32,000 bases of DNA from Candidatus Saccharimonadota bacterium (GTDB taxonomy: Bacteria > Patescibacteriota > Gracilibacteria > BD1-5 > UBA6164): assembly GCA_004563595.2 (NCBI GenBank), contig CP042461.1:990001-1022000 (forward strand). Reading direction: 5' to 3'. How positions within the stretch are numbered: position 1 is the first letter of the stretch; each line of letters begins with the position of its first letter. Below are positions 6,932 to 17,209 of the stretch, piece after piece. The notes below the pieces were generated by a model, which worked only from the letters and a program-made list of their open reading frames with translations, had not been told where the DNA came from and did no database searches. The position numbers and the translations under genes were made by a program.

Positions 6932-8146
6932 TTATTTCTCTTCTGTTTTTGCTTCAGTTTTTTTAGCTGGAGCTTTTTTAGCAGCAGGTGCTTTTTTTAC
7001 TTCTGCATCTATAGCATCTTCACTGTTTTCTTCTTTCTTTTTTGGAGCAACTTTAGGAGCTTCTTGTAAAGCTTTTAAAGAAAGACCAATTCTTTTCTTT
7101 TTTGGTTCAAAGTTAATAATCTTAGCAGTAACTTCTTCACCAACTTTGATATGATCTCTAATATCTTTTACAACTCCATGAGAAATTTCAGATAAATGAA
7201 TCAAACCTTGAATCCCACCTTCTAAATCCATAAATGCACCAAATTTTGAAATTCTTGAAATTGAAGCTGTAATTGAATCTCCAAGTTTGAATTTCTTTGC
7301 AAGAATATCCCATGGATTTTCTTTTAATCTCTTTATAGATAATGAAATCTTTTCAGAATCTAATCCTATTACTTTTACTTTTACTTTCATTCATACTTTA
7401 GCAAATTTTGAAGGATCATTTACATGTCCCCAATCAATTTCAGATACATGAACCAGTCATTCTAAACCTTCGAAAGTTACGAATAGACCATATGATAATA
7501 TACCACTTACTACTCATTCAACTATATCACCTTCTTTTAAAGATTTTAAAGCTTTTTCTCTACTTTCTTCAATAGCAGCTTTTTCAGAGAAGATAATTTT
7601 TTTACCACCTTCATCTACGTTGATAACTCTTACTTTAAACGGAACTCATACAAGTCCTTCTAAATGTTCAAGAATTTTTTCAGCATTTGCTCATTCAACT
7701 CTTGGGTAATGAAGAGGTGTAAGTTGTGAAACTGGTATAAACCCTTTTAATCCATCAATATCAACAAGAAGACCTCATTTGTTTGCTTCTGTAGCTTTTA
7801 CAGTAATAACTTCTGAAGATTCTTTGTATTTTGCAAGATTTGAAAGGTTTTTGATTTGATTTGCTCTTTTTAATGATAGAATCAAAAGTCCTCTTTCAAC
7901 TGAATCACCTAAAACCATAACGTCAATTCCTTGACCAGCTTCAAGAGTAGATAAATCAACAGTATTACCAACTTCTTTATTAATAACAAGTCCAGTAAAT
8001 TGATCATTTACATTCACTAAAATATTTTTCTTTTCTATTTTAATAATAGTTCAAGAAATAACTTCTCCTGTTTTTGGATATTTAATCTCAGGAGACTCTT
8101 TAAATAACTCTTCAAACAGAGCTATATCTTTGTTTACATCTGTCAT
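6932..8146 (-). CDS. rpsA: 30S ribosomal protein S1 (four S1 domains) with a K/A/E-rich C-terminal tail, 404 aa
   Basis: Track ORFs 6932..7390 and 7775..8017 are in the same frame and are bridged only by TGA codons. Motifs include GFIPVSQL, GLVHVSEI and GLIHLSEIS. ATG 8144-8146, 1215 nt. Confidence 0.9.
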
Positions 8147-8384
8147 GTATAACAATAATTTAAAAAATAAATGTTCTTAGATATTACAATCTAGAACTTA
8201 TAAAAGTAAAAAAACTTTTGAATAAAAACATTTTATAAGGCTCATATTTTTATTAAAAATCTCTCAAGTAAAAAGCTTAGAATTGAAACTCCCTACTTAA
8301 AAATTTTTAATGCTCATTTATAATTTCACTTTTTAGCGCAGTAAATATATTCAGGAAGCTATAAAAGTCAAATTTATTTTGACG

Positions 8385-8408
8385 AAAAAATCGAGATAGA
8401 AATCTCGA
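8385..8408 (-). terminator. Rho-independent terminator after the 121-aa gene
   Basis: TCGAGAT-agaa-ATCTCGA, with a T-run on the minus strand (A6 at 8385-8390). Confidence 0.65.
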
Positions 8409-8431
8409 CTTTTCATATCTATTAAACCAAT

Positions 8432-8797
8432 TTATTTATAATATGGTTCAACGAGTTTTTCAATAAATGCAATCTTTTCTTTAATAGATGCATTTACATC
8501 AAAATCTCTGATATCGGTAGAGTTATAACCATCTGGCATAGTCTCATTTTCAAGTATATAATCACTAGCTTCTTTCAGTGGGAAAATCCCTTTTGTTCCA
8601 GAATGCAATGACAATAAATAAAAAAAATACTCTATAGTTCCAGGGCAATTATTCTGATTTTTAAGTCCCAAATGAAAGTCTCGTATAACAATCCCATATG
8701 CAATTTCTAACAATCCATTAGGAGTAAGATTTCGTTGCTTATCTTCGATTTTAATACTTTCTATATTCCTTTCCAATATAAGACATTGTTTATCCAT
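8432..8797 (-). CDS. Hypothetical protein, 121 aa
   Basis: Intact track ORF with an ATG start and a good Shine-Dalgarno (AGGAGA 6 nt upstream on the coding strand). No family recognised and no TGA codons. Confidence 0.6.
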   Translation of the reverse strand: MDKQCLILERNIESIKIEDKQRNLTPNGLLEIAYGIVIRDFHLGLKNQNNCPGTIEYFFYLLSLHSGTKGIFPLKEASDYILENETMPDGYNSTDIRDFDVNASIKEKIAFIEKLVEPYYK

Positions 8798-8836
8798 AAT
8801 CTTCTCCTGGAGATTGATAGGTTGTCATGCATATAT

Positions 8837-8889
8837 TGACATACTAATAATTATTATTTTAAATACAAATATAAATAATTAGTATGTCA
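8837..8889. promoter_or_regulatory. Long inverted repeat between the Nudix gene end and the 121-aa gene start
   Basis: TGACATACTAATaATTATT (8837-8855) pairs with AATAATTAGTATGTCA (8874-8889). That is 16 bp of pairing with one bulge and an 18-nt AT-rich loop. Confidence 0.5.
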
Positions 8890-8917
8890 TATAATAGAGA
8901 GCAATTAAGAAAATATT

Positions 8918-9406
8918 TTATAATAATCATGGATTAGTTTTAAGAATTTGTTCCATTAAATATTCCTGAGTTTCTAAAGATTTCTGCGCACGCCCTCTAA
9001 ATGTTTTTCTCAAAAAAGGAACACATAGTATATCATTTGTAATTTCCTTAGTTGCATTTCCTATATTATTCAGCTCAAAAGTATCTGAAAAATCAAAACC
9101 TCAAATGCCCTGTATTTCATTACTTATTTCTAATTCGTCTGAAACTATCATATTAATCCAATACGTATAAATGATTATTTCTTCACCTATCGGAGATATA
9201 AGTCAATCATATGTTCCATACTCACTGATCTGATTGAGCATAAGATCTAATCATCCTAATTCTTCTCTTATTTCCCTACGAAGAGCTTCTATTCTACTTT
9301 CTCATTTATCAACTTTTCAGCCTGGCAACACCCAAAACCCTTGTCTATTTTTTACCAGTACTAGCTTATCATCCTTATGTATAATTCATCAAACTACCTC
9401 AATCAT
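8918..9406 (-). CDS. Nudix hydrolase, 162 aa
   Basis: Nudix box: GGKVDKGESRIEALRREIREELG (GX5EX7REUXEEXGU). Several Gly, including box glycines, are encoded by TGA. ATG 9404-9406, TAA 8918-8920. Confidence 0.8.
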
Positions 9407-9742
9407 ATTTTTAATTTAAAATCATAGATATATAACAAAAATAAAATCCTGAACTTGCAAGATAACTTCTCATAAAAATTTTATACTACTAACTATATTT
9501 TTATAACTAAAAAAGTCAAAAAAAATGCATTTTCATATATTTTTTTTATTTGTCAATTTAGTGGAGCACCTTTTTACACTCAAATTAGAACTAAAGAATT
9601 GCTTCATTTTGCTCATTCTAGATATCAAAGATTTTATGAGCTATACTCTAATACTGAAAAAAAAATATCTATTTTTCAAAAATAAGTTTTAATTGTACTC
9701 TATTTTTTAGTCATCTATGAAGGCTTTAATTGAATGATTATT

Positions 9743-10078
9743 TTATAAGAGCTTTTTATTTCTATAAAATCTAATTAAATTTAAAAACACAATTTGTAAT
9801 AAATAATAAGATATAATATTAAGAACTAATCAGTTAATATAAAAATCATCTTCAGGTCAAAGATTTCAAACAACAGAAGTATTTGGTGAGTCTGATAGAA
9901 AAATAAATGGTATTCATATTTCAGGGGCATCATAATAACAATAACCACTAGGATTTTCAGTAGTTTGATCACATAAATTACCCATAATTTTTGAAGATGT
10001 TCTATTAAAACAACTGAACCCAAGTAAAATTATTATTGATATTATTGATATAATTATATGTTTAAATATTTTTTTCAT
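9743..10078 (-). CDS. Small secreted protein or lipoprotein candidate with a C-terminal TM segment, 111 aa
   Basis: MKKIFKHIIISIISIIILLGFSCFNRTSS... (signal peptide with a Cys after the h-region), then a polar middle and a hydrophobic end. There are four TGA(Gly) codons. The overlapping track ORF 9826..10023 is in a different frame, starts at TTG and looks like hydrophobic noise. Confidence 0.45.
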
Positions 10079-10314
10079 ATTTTTGGTTTAATTGTAAAAA
10101 GAAGAATGACTCTAATGATTAACTCTTACCATATAAGAGTGATACAATTAGTTTACTTTTTCTTTCTTTTTTAGCCGTCTATGAAGACTAATTTTAAGTT
10201 TAATCTGTCGGAATAATCATTCCAATCAGTTAAATAATATTTGGAATATCTACTTCTCATGTGCAATCATACCAAGTAAATAAATATTTCAAATTTCTTT
10301 TTAAACAATACATC

Positions 10315-10354
10315 AAAAAACAGTATCAAATATAAATACTTGATACTGTTTTTT
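10315..10354. terminator. Bidirectional terminator downstream of tRNA-His
   Basis: A6-CAGTATCAA-atataaatac-TTGATACTG-T6. Confidence 0.7.
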
Positions 10355-10370
10355 GTTTTATTTTCTGTAA

Positions 10371-10448
10371 TGGGGTGCCCGAAGGGGTTCGAACCCTCGA
10401 CCTCCAGAGTCACAACCTGGCGTTCTAACCAACTGAACTACGGGCACC
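10371..10448 (-). tRNA. trnH: tRNA-His (anticodon GTG) with G-1 and an encoded CCA
   Basis: Minus strand: G GTGCCCG TA GTTC AGTTGGTTA GAAC G CCAGG TTGTGAC TCTGG AGGTC GAGGG TTCGAAC CCCTT CGGGCAC C CCA. The extra 5' G opposite C73 is the bacterial tRNA-His signature. Confidence 0.92.
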
Positions 10449-10512
10449 ATTACTTCATAATGCTTTTTAATATTTAAAAAGCACGAAGATTATATAAAAA
10501 AAGGGACTATTG

Positions 10513-10544
10513 TCAAAAGAAAAACCTACTTTTTTAGTAGGTTT
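10513..10544 (-). terminator. Terminator overlapping the lepA stop
   Basis: AAACCTACT-ttttt-AGTAGGTTT with a trailing U-run on the minus strand. Confidence 0.6.
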
Positions 10545-12412
10545 ACGAATGCTTCACTTGGTAAACTTACTTTCCCAAATTGCTTCATTTTCTTCTTTCA
10601 TTTCTTTTGTTTTTCGAGAAGTTTTTTCTTTCTAGAAATATCTCAACCGTAGAGTTTTGCAGTTACATCTTTTCTCATCGCTGAGATGTTTTCTCTTCAT
10701 ACTACATCAGCTCATACCACTGCTTGAATTTTGATAGTAAAAAGTGCTTTTGGTATTGATTCTTTCAAATTTGCACAAATTTTTCCTCATAGATAACGTG
10801 ATTGATCTCTGTGACAAATAAAAGCGAGAGCGTCTACTTTTTCTTCTGCTATTAATATTTCTAATTTCACTAAATCATCTTCGCTATACCTTATAAATTC
10901 ATAATTCAGAGAAGCATATCAACTTGAGAGAGATTTAATTTCATCATAAAAGTCTCAAATAAGCTCATTCATTGGGAGTTCATAGGTCAGCATCACTCTA
11001 TCTGAATCAATATAGGTTTGGTTTTTGAATATTCCCCTTCTGTCTTGTGATAGCTTCATAAGATTTCCTACATATGCTTGAGGAGTAATAATTTCAACTT
11101 TTGCAATTGGTTCTTCGATATAAAGATACCTTTCTCTATTTGGAAGATCTTCTGGATTTGAGACAAGTATTCTGGTACATTTTTGTCATTTTTCATTCTT
11201 GAGTAACTCTGCTGAATATCTTGAATACTCAGAGAGTTTATCTCAAAGTAACATTACCCTATAAGTCACCTGTGGCGCTGTCATAATAACATCCATTCAA
11301 AACTCTCTCATGAGTCTTTCTTTGACAATATCCAGATGTAGTAAACCTAAAAATCCACATCTATAACCATGTCCAAGTGCAGGACTTACTTCTGATTCTA
11401 CAAAGAGTGCTGAGTCATTTAATACCAGTTTCTCCATTGCATCTTTTAGCAATGGATATTCTGAAGAATCCATTGCAAATATACCTGCATAAATAAAAGG
11501 AGTTACTTCTCAAAAACCTTCAATTGGGCTTGCATCTTCAGGCTTTGCTTTTGGTCATTCTATATTTTCTGGTTTCCATATAGTATCCCCTACTTTTGCA
11601 TCTCTAATTGTTTTGAGGCCAGTTACCACATATCAAATCGCTCCATTTTCTATCTTATCATCACTTGTATACTGTGGTGAGAAGTATCATACATCAAGCG
11701 CTTCTATTTTTTTTGTTGTATTCAGAAAGGTTAAACTATCTCATTTTTTAATTTCTCATTGAAATACTTTTACATATGAAACAACTCCTCTATATGGATC
11801 ATATTGAGAATCAAAAACAAGAGCTTTACATTCATCAACTACAACATCTCATCACTTGTTATATACTTGAGGCTCACTGACTCTTTCTATTACAGCCTCT
11901 AAAATAGCTTCAACATTTTCTCATGATTTCGCTGATACTGGTATGATTTCTGATTTTTCACAGCCTAAAAGATTCACAATTTCTTCTGAAACTTTTTCCA
12001 CATCAGCAGCTGGTAGGTCAATTTTATTAATTACAGGAATAATATCTAAATCATTCTCTATAGCCATATATACATTACTCAGAGTCTGAGCTTCGATTCC
12101 CTGAGTAGCATCAACAATTAATAAAGCTCCTTCAACAGAAGCGAGACTACGCGATACTTCATACTGAAAATCAACATGACCTGGAGTATCAATAATATTC
12201 ATTTGATACTCTTTCCAATTCATTCTTACAGGCTGAAGCTTAATTGTAATTCCTCTTTCTTGCTCAAGTTCCATTGTATCAAGCATTTGAGAATTTTTCA
12301 TATCTCTTTTATCAATGGTTCCAGTGATTTCTAATAATCTATCCGCAAGTGTAGATTTCCCGTGATCGATATGTGCTATAATACAAAAATTTCTAATTTT
12401 ATTTAATTCCAT
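10526..12412 (-). CDS. lepA: Translation elongation factor 4 (LepA), 628 aa
   Basis: Track ORF 11921..12412 ([26 protein letters not shown]...) ends at TGA 11921-11923. Reading through gives VSAKS-G-ENVEAIL, which aligns with the SAKTG.G motif of LepA. The C-terminus [38 protein letters not shown] matches the LepA end ([32 protein letters not shown]). Confidence 0.93.
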
Positions 12413-12480
12413 TTAAGTTGTTTATTTATCTGTAAAATTCGGGGCTATTTTAGTGATAAATATAGAAAAGTAAAGGAAGA

Positions 12481-12514
12481 AAAAAAGAGAAAAATCTATT
12501 TTTCTCTTTTTTTT
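12481..12514. terminator. Bidirectional terminator at the end of the ATP-grasp/FGase operon
   Basis: AGAGAAAAAT-ct-ATTTTTCTCT, flanked by A5 and T8. Confidence 0.65.
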
Positions 12515-13704
12515 ATTTCAAATCATAAATCAATTTCTCATGATTGAATAGCTCTATCTACATCGGTTAATGCTCTTATTTTACACTCTCAGACAAACTC
12601 TGCTTTATCATGATCAGCTTTTCATTCTATTCCCCTAGAATACAAATAACGTCAATCTTCAATTTGAATAAAGTTTCTAATATTTGGATTTTTTCATTCT
12701 TTTTTTAACTTCTCTCTATATCATAAACCATGTTCAATAGTAGTATATCATCATGTAAAAGGTTCATTTACAAGTATTGTACTTTCATCAATTCATAAAT
12801 GATATGCAAATCTCATTCTAAATAACTCCATAATTTCTGGATGACACGATTCACCATCTAAAGTTCATAGAGAAAAATATGGAAAACCTCACGCTCTTAA
12901 GTCATCATTATCTGAATTTTTTGTTTTTTTAAATGTATGTGTATCATGATTATCAGTGGTAATAGAATACCCATTTTTTTCTTCTATTGTTTCTAGTCTA
13001 TCAGAAATAGTGTAAGAAAATTTTTCTCCTGCATCTTTTCAAATTTTTTTAAATTTTTGAGGATTTCCCAAAAGAGAAATACCGTTAAAGTCTGTTTCAC
13101 GAATACCCTCATCACTCCAATCTCTTTCTCATTTTTTTAGTACATATGCTTCTCTATCTTCTGGTTGTATAAAATGCTTTTTTCATTCTGAATCAATTAT
13201 AACAACATTTTTTTGAGTCGGTCTATTTGGATCTCCTATGGCTCTCGATAATGGATGGTTAATTAATTGCTTATTTGTTAATCTTCATCTTTTTAATGCT
13301 CTTCTTGATTGCCCTCTTGTGAGGTGATCTGAGTAATTTCTTAATAAATCTCATACTTGTTTTTTTGTTAACTTAATCTGAGTCTCTATCCCCTCTACAT
13401 CAGATAAAATTTCTAATACTCCATTAACATGATCATGTCTTACCTCAGATGGTAATGCAAAGGTTCCATGAGTAAATGTAAGTGTACATGTATCAGGTAG
13501 GGGGCTGTGATATTTTTCTTTTCACTCTTCTTTAAATGTTTCACTTTGGAAATTTCAAAACTTGATATTATCTGGATTGTAAAAATATTCTTTTAACGCT
13601 TCCTCAGAGTATAAACGTAGACTATCATCTATAAATGAATTTCAAGTACTGTCAGAAAAACCCTCAACACTTGGTCATACTAAATTATTTCATGTATTAT
13701 CCAT
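12496..13704 (-). CDS. N-formylglutamate amidohydrolase (FGase, PF05013-like) family protein, long paralog, 402 aa
   Basis: Shares THGTFALPSE, AIGDPNRPT, FSLGTLDGESCHPEIMELF...YHLGI...VNEPFTGGYTTIEHG and IQIEDGRYLY with the adjacent paralog and with the FGase pattern (N.PY.GG). It has an extra roughly 100-aa insertion. Many Gly are TGA. Confidence 0.6.
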
Positions 13705-13707
13705 GAT

Positions 13708-14631
13708 TTACAGGTTATTAAAATACTCTTTTCAAAATTTATGTCATGTTTCAGTCATAGCTCTTTTTAATCATTCTCAGATGATCTCCATTCTTTGAGT
13801 ATCTATTTCTTGAGTTGATTCTTTGAGATAGAGAAAACGCCCTAATTCAACCTGTATTAGGTTCCTTTTTCTTGTGTTATTCTCTTCCCTATAATTTTTT
13901 CAATGTTTTATGGTAACATATCATCATTTATATGGATCATTTATATGTGACCTTATTCACAAATGATATTCTAATCTTCCAGCAAAGTAATTCAAGATTT
14001 CATCATTACATGAATCTCCATCTTTTGTTCACAGACTAATTAAAGGAAATCCTTCCTTTCTGAATGTATCACTTATTTTTTGCTCTCACATTAATCTAAT
14101 TCAAGTGTCATGAATATCAAATCAAATGACTCAGTCTTCCTTTTGTTCAAGCTCCTTCATCTTCTTAGAAATTGTATCATGATATTTTTTGTGTTTCTTT
14201 TCTCACTCTCCTTGTAACTCTGACGTATTATCTAATAATTTATTTCATGAAAAATCCTTTGCTCTGATAAAATCATCTGCTGAAGTAGAACGATTTGCAT
14301 CTCATGTTAATCTTGATGTTTGATTTTCGATAATAAAACGTTCGGGGATTCAAGAAGCAATAATAGCTTTCTTTGTTCAAAAATCCGAAAAATTTTTAAT
14401 TAACCTTACATAGTCATTATTTGATAAGTCTATTGAATTAAACAGGCAAGAATCAATTTCAAAGTTTCAATGCGTTAATAAAACAACTGTATTCTCGGGA
14501 AATTCTAAATTAAATTTTTCCTTTCTTCAGTCTCTTACTTCAAAATTTCTTGGATTATCATAAAAAGCCAGCAGTCATTCGTATGACACTGTATGAAGGT
14601 TTCAAGGGATGTATTTCTTAATTTTACTCAT
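13708..14631 (-). CDS. N-formylglutamate amidohydrolase (FGase) family protein, short paralog, 307 aa
   Basis: Motifs: LLTHGNFEIDSC, RLTGDANRSTS, VIGFDIHDTG, ISLGTKDGDSCNDEILNYFAGRLEYHLGIRSHINDPYKGGYVTIKHG and LIQVELGRFLY. The stop lies 3 nt before the start of the next paralog. Confidence 0.65.
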
Positions 14632-14690
14632 TTTCGAGAATCTAAAAACACTATATCTTATTAAATATAACATAGTTCCGTATTTTTCGC

Positions 14691-14720
14691 AAAAATAGAA
14701 CTGAATTGAGTCAGTTCTAT
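14691..14720 (-). terminator. Hairpin overlapping the ATP-grasp stop codon (possible attenuator or terminator)
   Basis: ATAGAACTGA-attgag-TCAGTTCTAT with a U-run on the minus strand. Confidence 0.5.
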
Positions 14721-16069
14721 TTATCTTTTAGTTTAAGAAAATTTTTTACCTTGTTAAAAACGTATTTTCTTTTTTTCATAATTTCAGGAGGTTGCTCTAT
14801 TTCTAGTAAATCATGATATTTTGATTTCACATATAAATAATCTTTTCTTAACTTTTTATAATCTGAATCTTCAAGTTTTATCACTCATACTTTTACAAAT
14901 CAATCTCTTGTGAGTCATACTTCTTTTCCAATAAACCCCTCTTCTAAATCAATTTTATAGACTGTTGATCTTTGAGATATCTTTTCTAAAATCTTCTTAT
15001 TAAATCATGTAAGTATTCACCTCTTTGTCGCATATATATTAACGGCAATATTATTTAGTTTTAACTTTGTTGCTTTCATTTCTGGATTCACAATGAATTC
15101 ATACAAGTTCACATCACATGATCTTTTTAAAACTTCTAGTCTTCATCATCCTATTCTTCAGTTTAACTCTATAGTTTTAAATTCTCATTTTGAATTTATT
15201 TTAAACTCGTGGTGAACAAAAGTATTTTTTATTCATGTAGCTTGCACGGTAGATTTAATAAAAGACTTTAATCTCATTCATTTAAACTCCCCATCTGTTT
15301 TTTCAGTTGATATTCTAGCAATACAACAGTAATCATCCACATCTACGTCAATTCATAGTCTTACTTTTATTGGTTTTGATACTGTGATATCTCCATCTCA
15401 AGATACAAAATAATCTACAGAATAAAGCTTCCCATCAATAAATTCTTCAACAATCAATATTTTACTATCAACTCATCTACTTTTTAATCTATCATGAAAA
15501 TAATGATAATGCTTAATATAGCTTTCAAATTGTTTTCTTGTTGTAATTTTTTCTACTCATGCACTCTGAACCCCATCAACTGGCTTGATAATAAAAGGAT
15601 ATCACACTTTTTCTTCTATTTCTAAAATATCAAGTGCTTCTGGTTCCCCTTTAATAAATTTAATCCCTAACTCTGGGTTATGAGATTGGATAAGTTCTCT
15701 TTGGAGATGTTTATCTCTAAAAATATCTGGGTGATCAGATTGGACATGTCATAAAATACTTTTAATTTCTGTTACCACATTTACTAAAAGCTCAAGTGGT
15801 GTTGAAACAAATAGTATTTTGTATTTTTTATCAAGTTCTAAAACTTGCTCTTTTAAATCCTCTTTATTAGAGTAATTAAATAACAATATTCAAAGTTTTT
15901 CGAGCTTATTTATTAAGTCTTTGTATTCAATTTTTTCTCATTTGTAAAAAATTGCATTTTTGATTCCACATTTTTCTGATAAATCTTCTATCGCATCAAT
16001 TTCTGCTGTAAATGCATCACTTTTCATTCTAGCTTTCGTCATTATATGGACTATAGCTTTCTTGTGCAT
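14717..16069 (-). CDS. ATP-grasp domain ligase (L-amino-acid-ligase/PurK-like), 450 aa
   Basis: Motifs: GYPFIIKPVDGVQSAGVEKI, ILIVEEFIDGKLYSVDYFVSGDG and FKTIELNGRIGGG (the E.N.R.GG motif of ATP-grasp enzymes). ATG 16067-16069, TAG 14717-14719, 1353 nt. Confidence 0.75.
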
Positions 16070-16185
16070 AAATGATTGTTAATTTTAAATAAAAATCTAC
16101 CTACAATATTAAGTAATTCTTCTATTTTTTCATTGAGGTCTGCATTATAAAAAAAAGAAATTAATTAGCAAGCTTTTTTTGTTGA

Positions 16186-17001
16186 CTAATTGTTAATTTT
16201 TAAGATAAGCTCTCACCAAATAGCTATACTTAAGTCTTCTCACCTTGTATTTTCTTGTATTCACAAATTATGAAATACCTGTAAGATATAGTCTTTTTCA
16301 TATCATGATTTTACAAGATTGTTCAGAAGTTTTTTTCTTGGCTCACGAAATCATTTTTTAATAATTTCTAAAAAAACTCTATCGTCAATATAGTTATATT
16401 CATCATGAAGTTCAAAAAGTAATACTGATGATTCTACTTTTGGGGCTGGAACAAAATTTTCTTTCCCTACACTCATAATTTCAGATACTCTACATTTTTT
16501 ATTTACAAATAAGCTTAAAACTGACGATTTATTTTTTCATTTTCATAAAATCTTTTCTCATACATCAGCTTGCATAAGAATCACCATTTTTTCTGGTTTA
16601 TTCATAACATCATATATAAAATGTCTTAATATAGGGGATGTAATGTAATATGGTATATTTGCAATAATTGAATATTTTTCCTGTTCAGACTCAAATTTTA
16701 ATACATCTGTATTATGAATACAAAAATTAACGTCTCATATATTTAAATCTTTCTCTTCTATTCTTTGCTCCAAAATTTTTATCATATCTTTATCAAGCTC
16801 TACTAAATCTAAACTATGAGGGTTTTTTTGAAGAAGTTTTTCTGTAAGGGCTCAATAACCCGGTCAAACTTCAACTATATTTTTTCAGTTCACATCAATT
16901 GAATCAGCTATACTTTCTACTATCACATCATTTACAAGAAAATTCTGCCCGAGAGATTTTTTTGCTTTGATATGGTATTTCTTTAACACTTCAAGACTCA
17001 C
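16186..17001 (-). CDS. rsmA: 16S rRNA (adenine1518/1519-N6)-dimethyltransferase
   Basis: Motifs: KKSLGQNFLVND, VEVGPGYGALT (both G-x-G glycines are TGA, at 16852-16854 and 16864-16866), IIANIPYYITSPIL and FVPAPKVESSVL. GTG start at 16999-17001, with a TAA immediately upstream in frame. Confidence 0.88.
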
Positions 17002-17105
17002 TTATTTATGGTTAAAAAATATTTTAACTATTATATATAGTTCTTATAAAAACTCAATTTATGAAGAAAAGAAAACTCTCTTACTAAGAAAAAGTACCAT
17101 TTTTT

Positions 17106-17135
17106 TGACAAAGAGATTCAAAATATGCTAGACTG
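17106..17135 (+). promoter_or_regulatory. Sigma70-like promoter for the surface-protein locus
   Basis: TTGACA (17106-17111), an 18-nt spacer, then an extended -10 element TGcTAGACT (17127-17135). The roughly 75-nt leader contains the palindrome TTCGCTAGCGAA. Confidence 0.5.
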
Positions 17136-17209
17136 TTATTGCTAATGAAAGTTCAAAACAAACTTTCGATTCGCTAGCGAACACTTTATTTCATTATAAT
17201 GAACACATT

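Noticed and set aside
9234-9419. Track ORF (61 aa, plus strand)
   Set aside because: It is antisense to the Nudix hydrolase CDS.
9410-9620. A 67-codon minus-strand ORF (MSKMKQFFSSNL...) just upstream of the Nudix gene
   Set aside because: Its composition is typical of translated AT-rich spacer, with no motif and no ribosome-binding signal. It is not reported as a feature.
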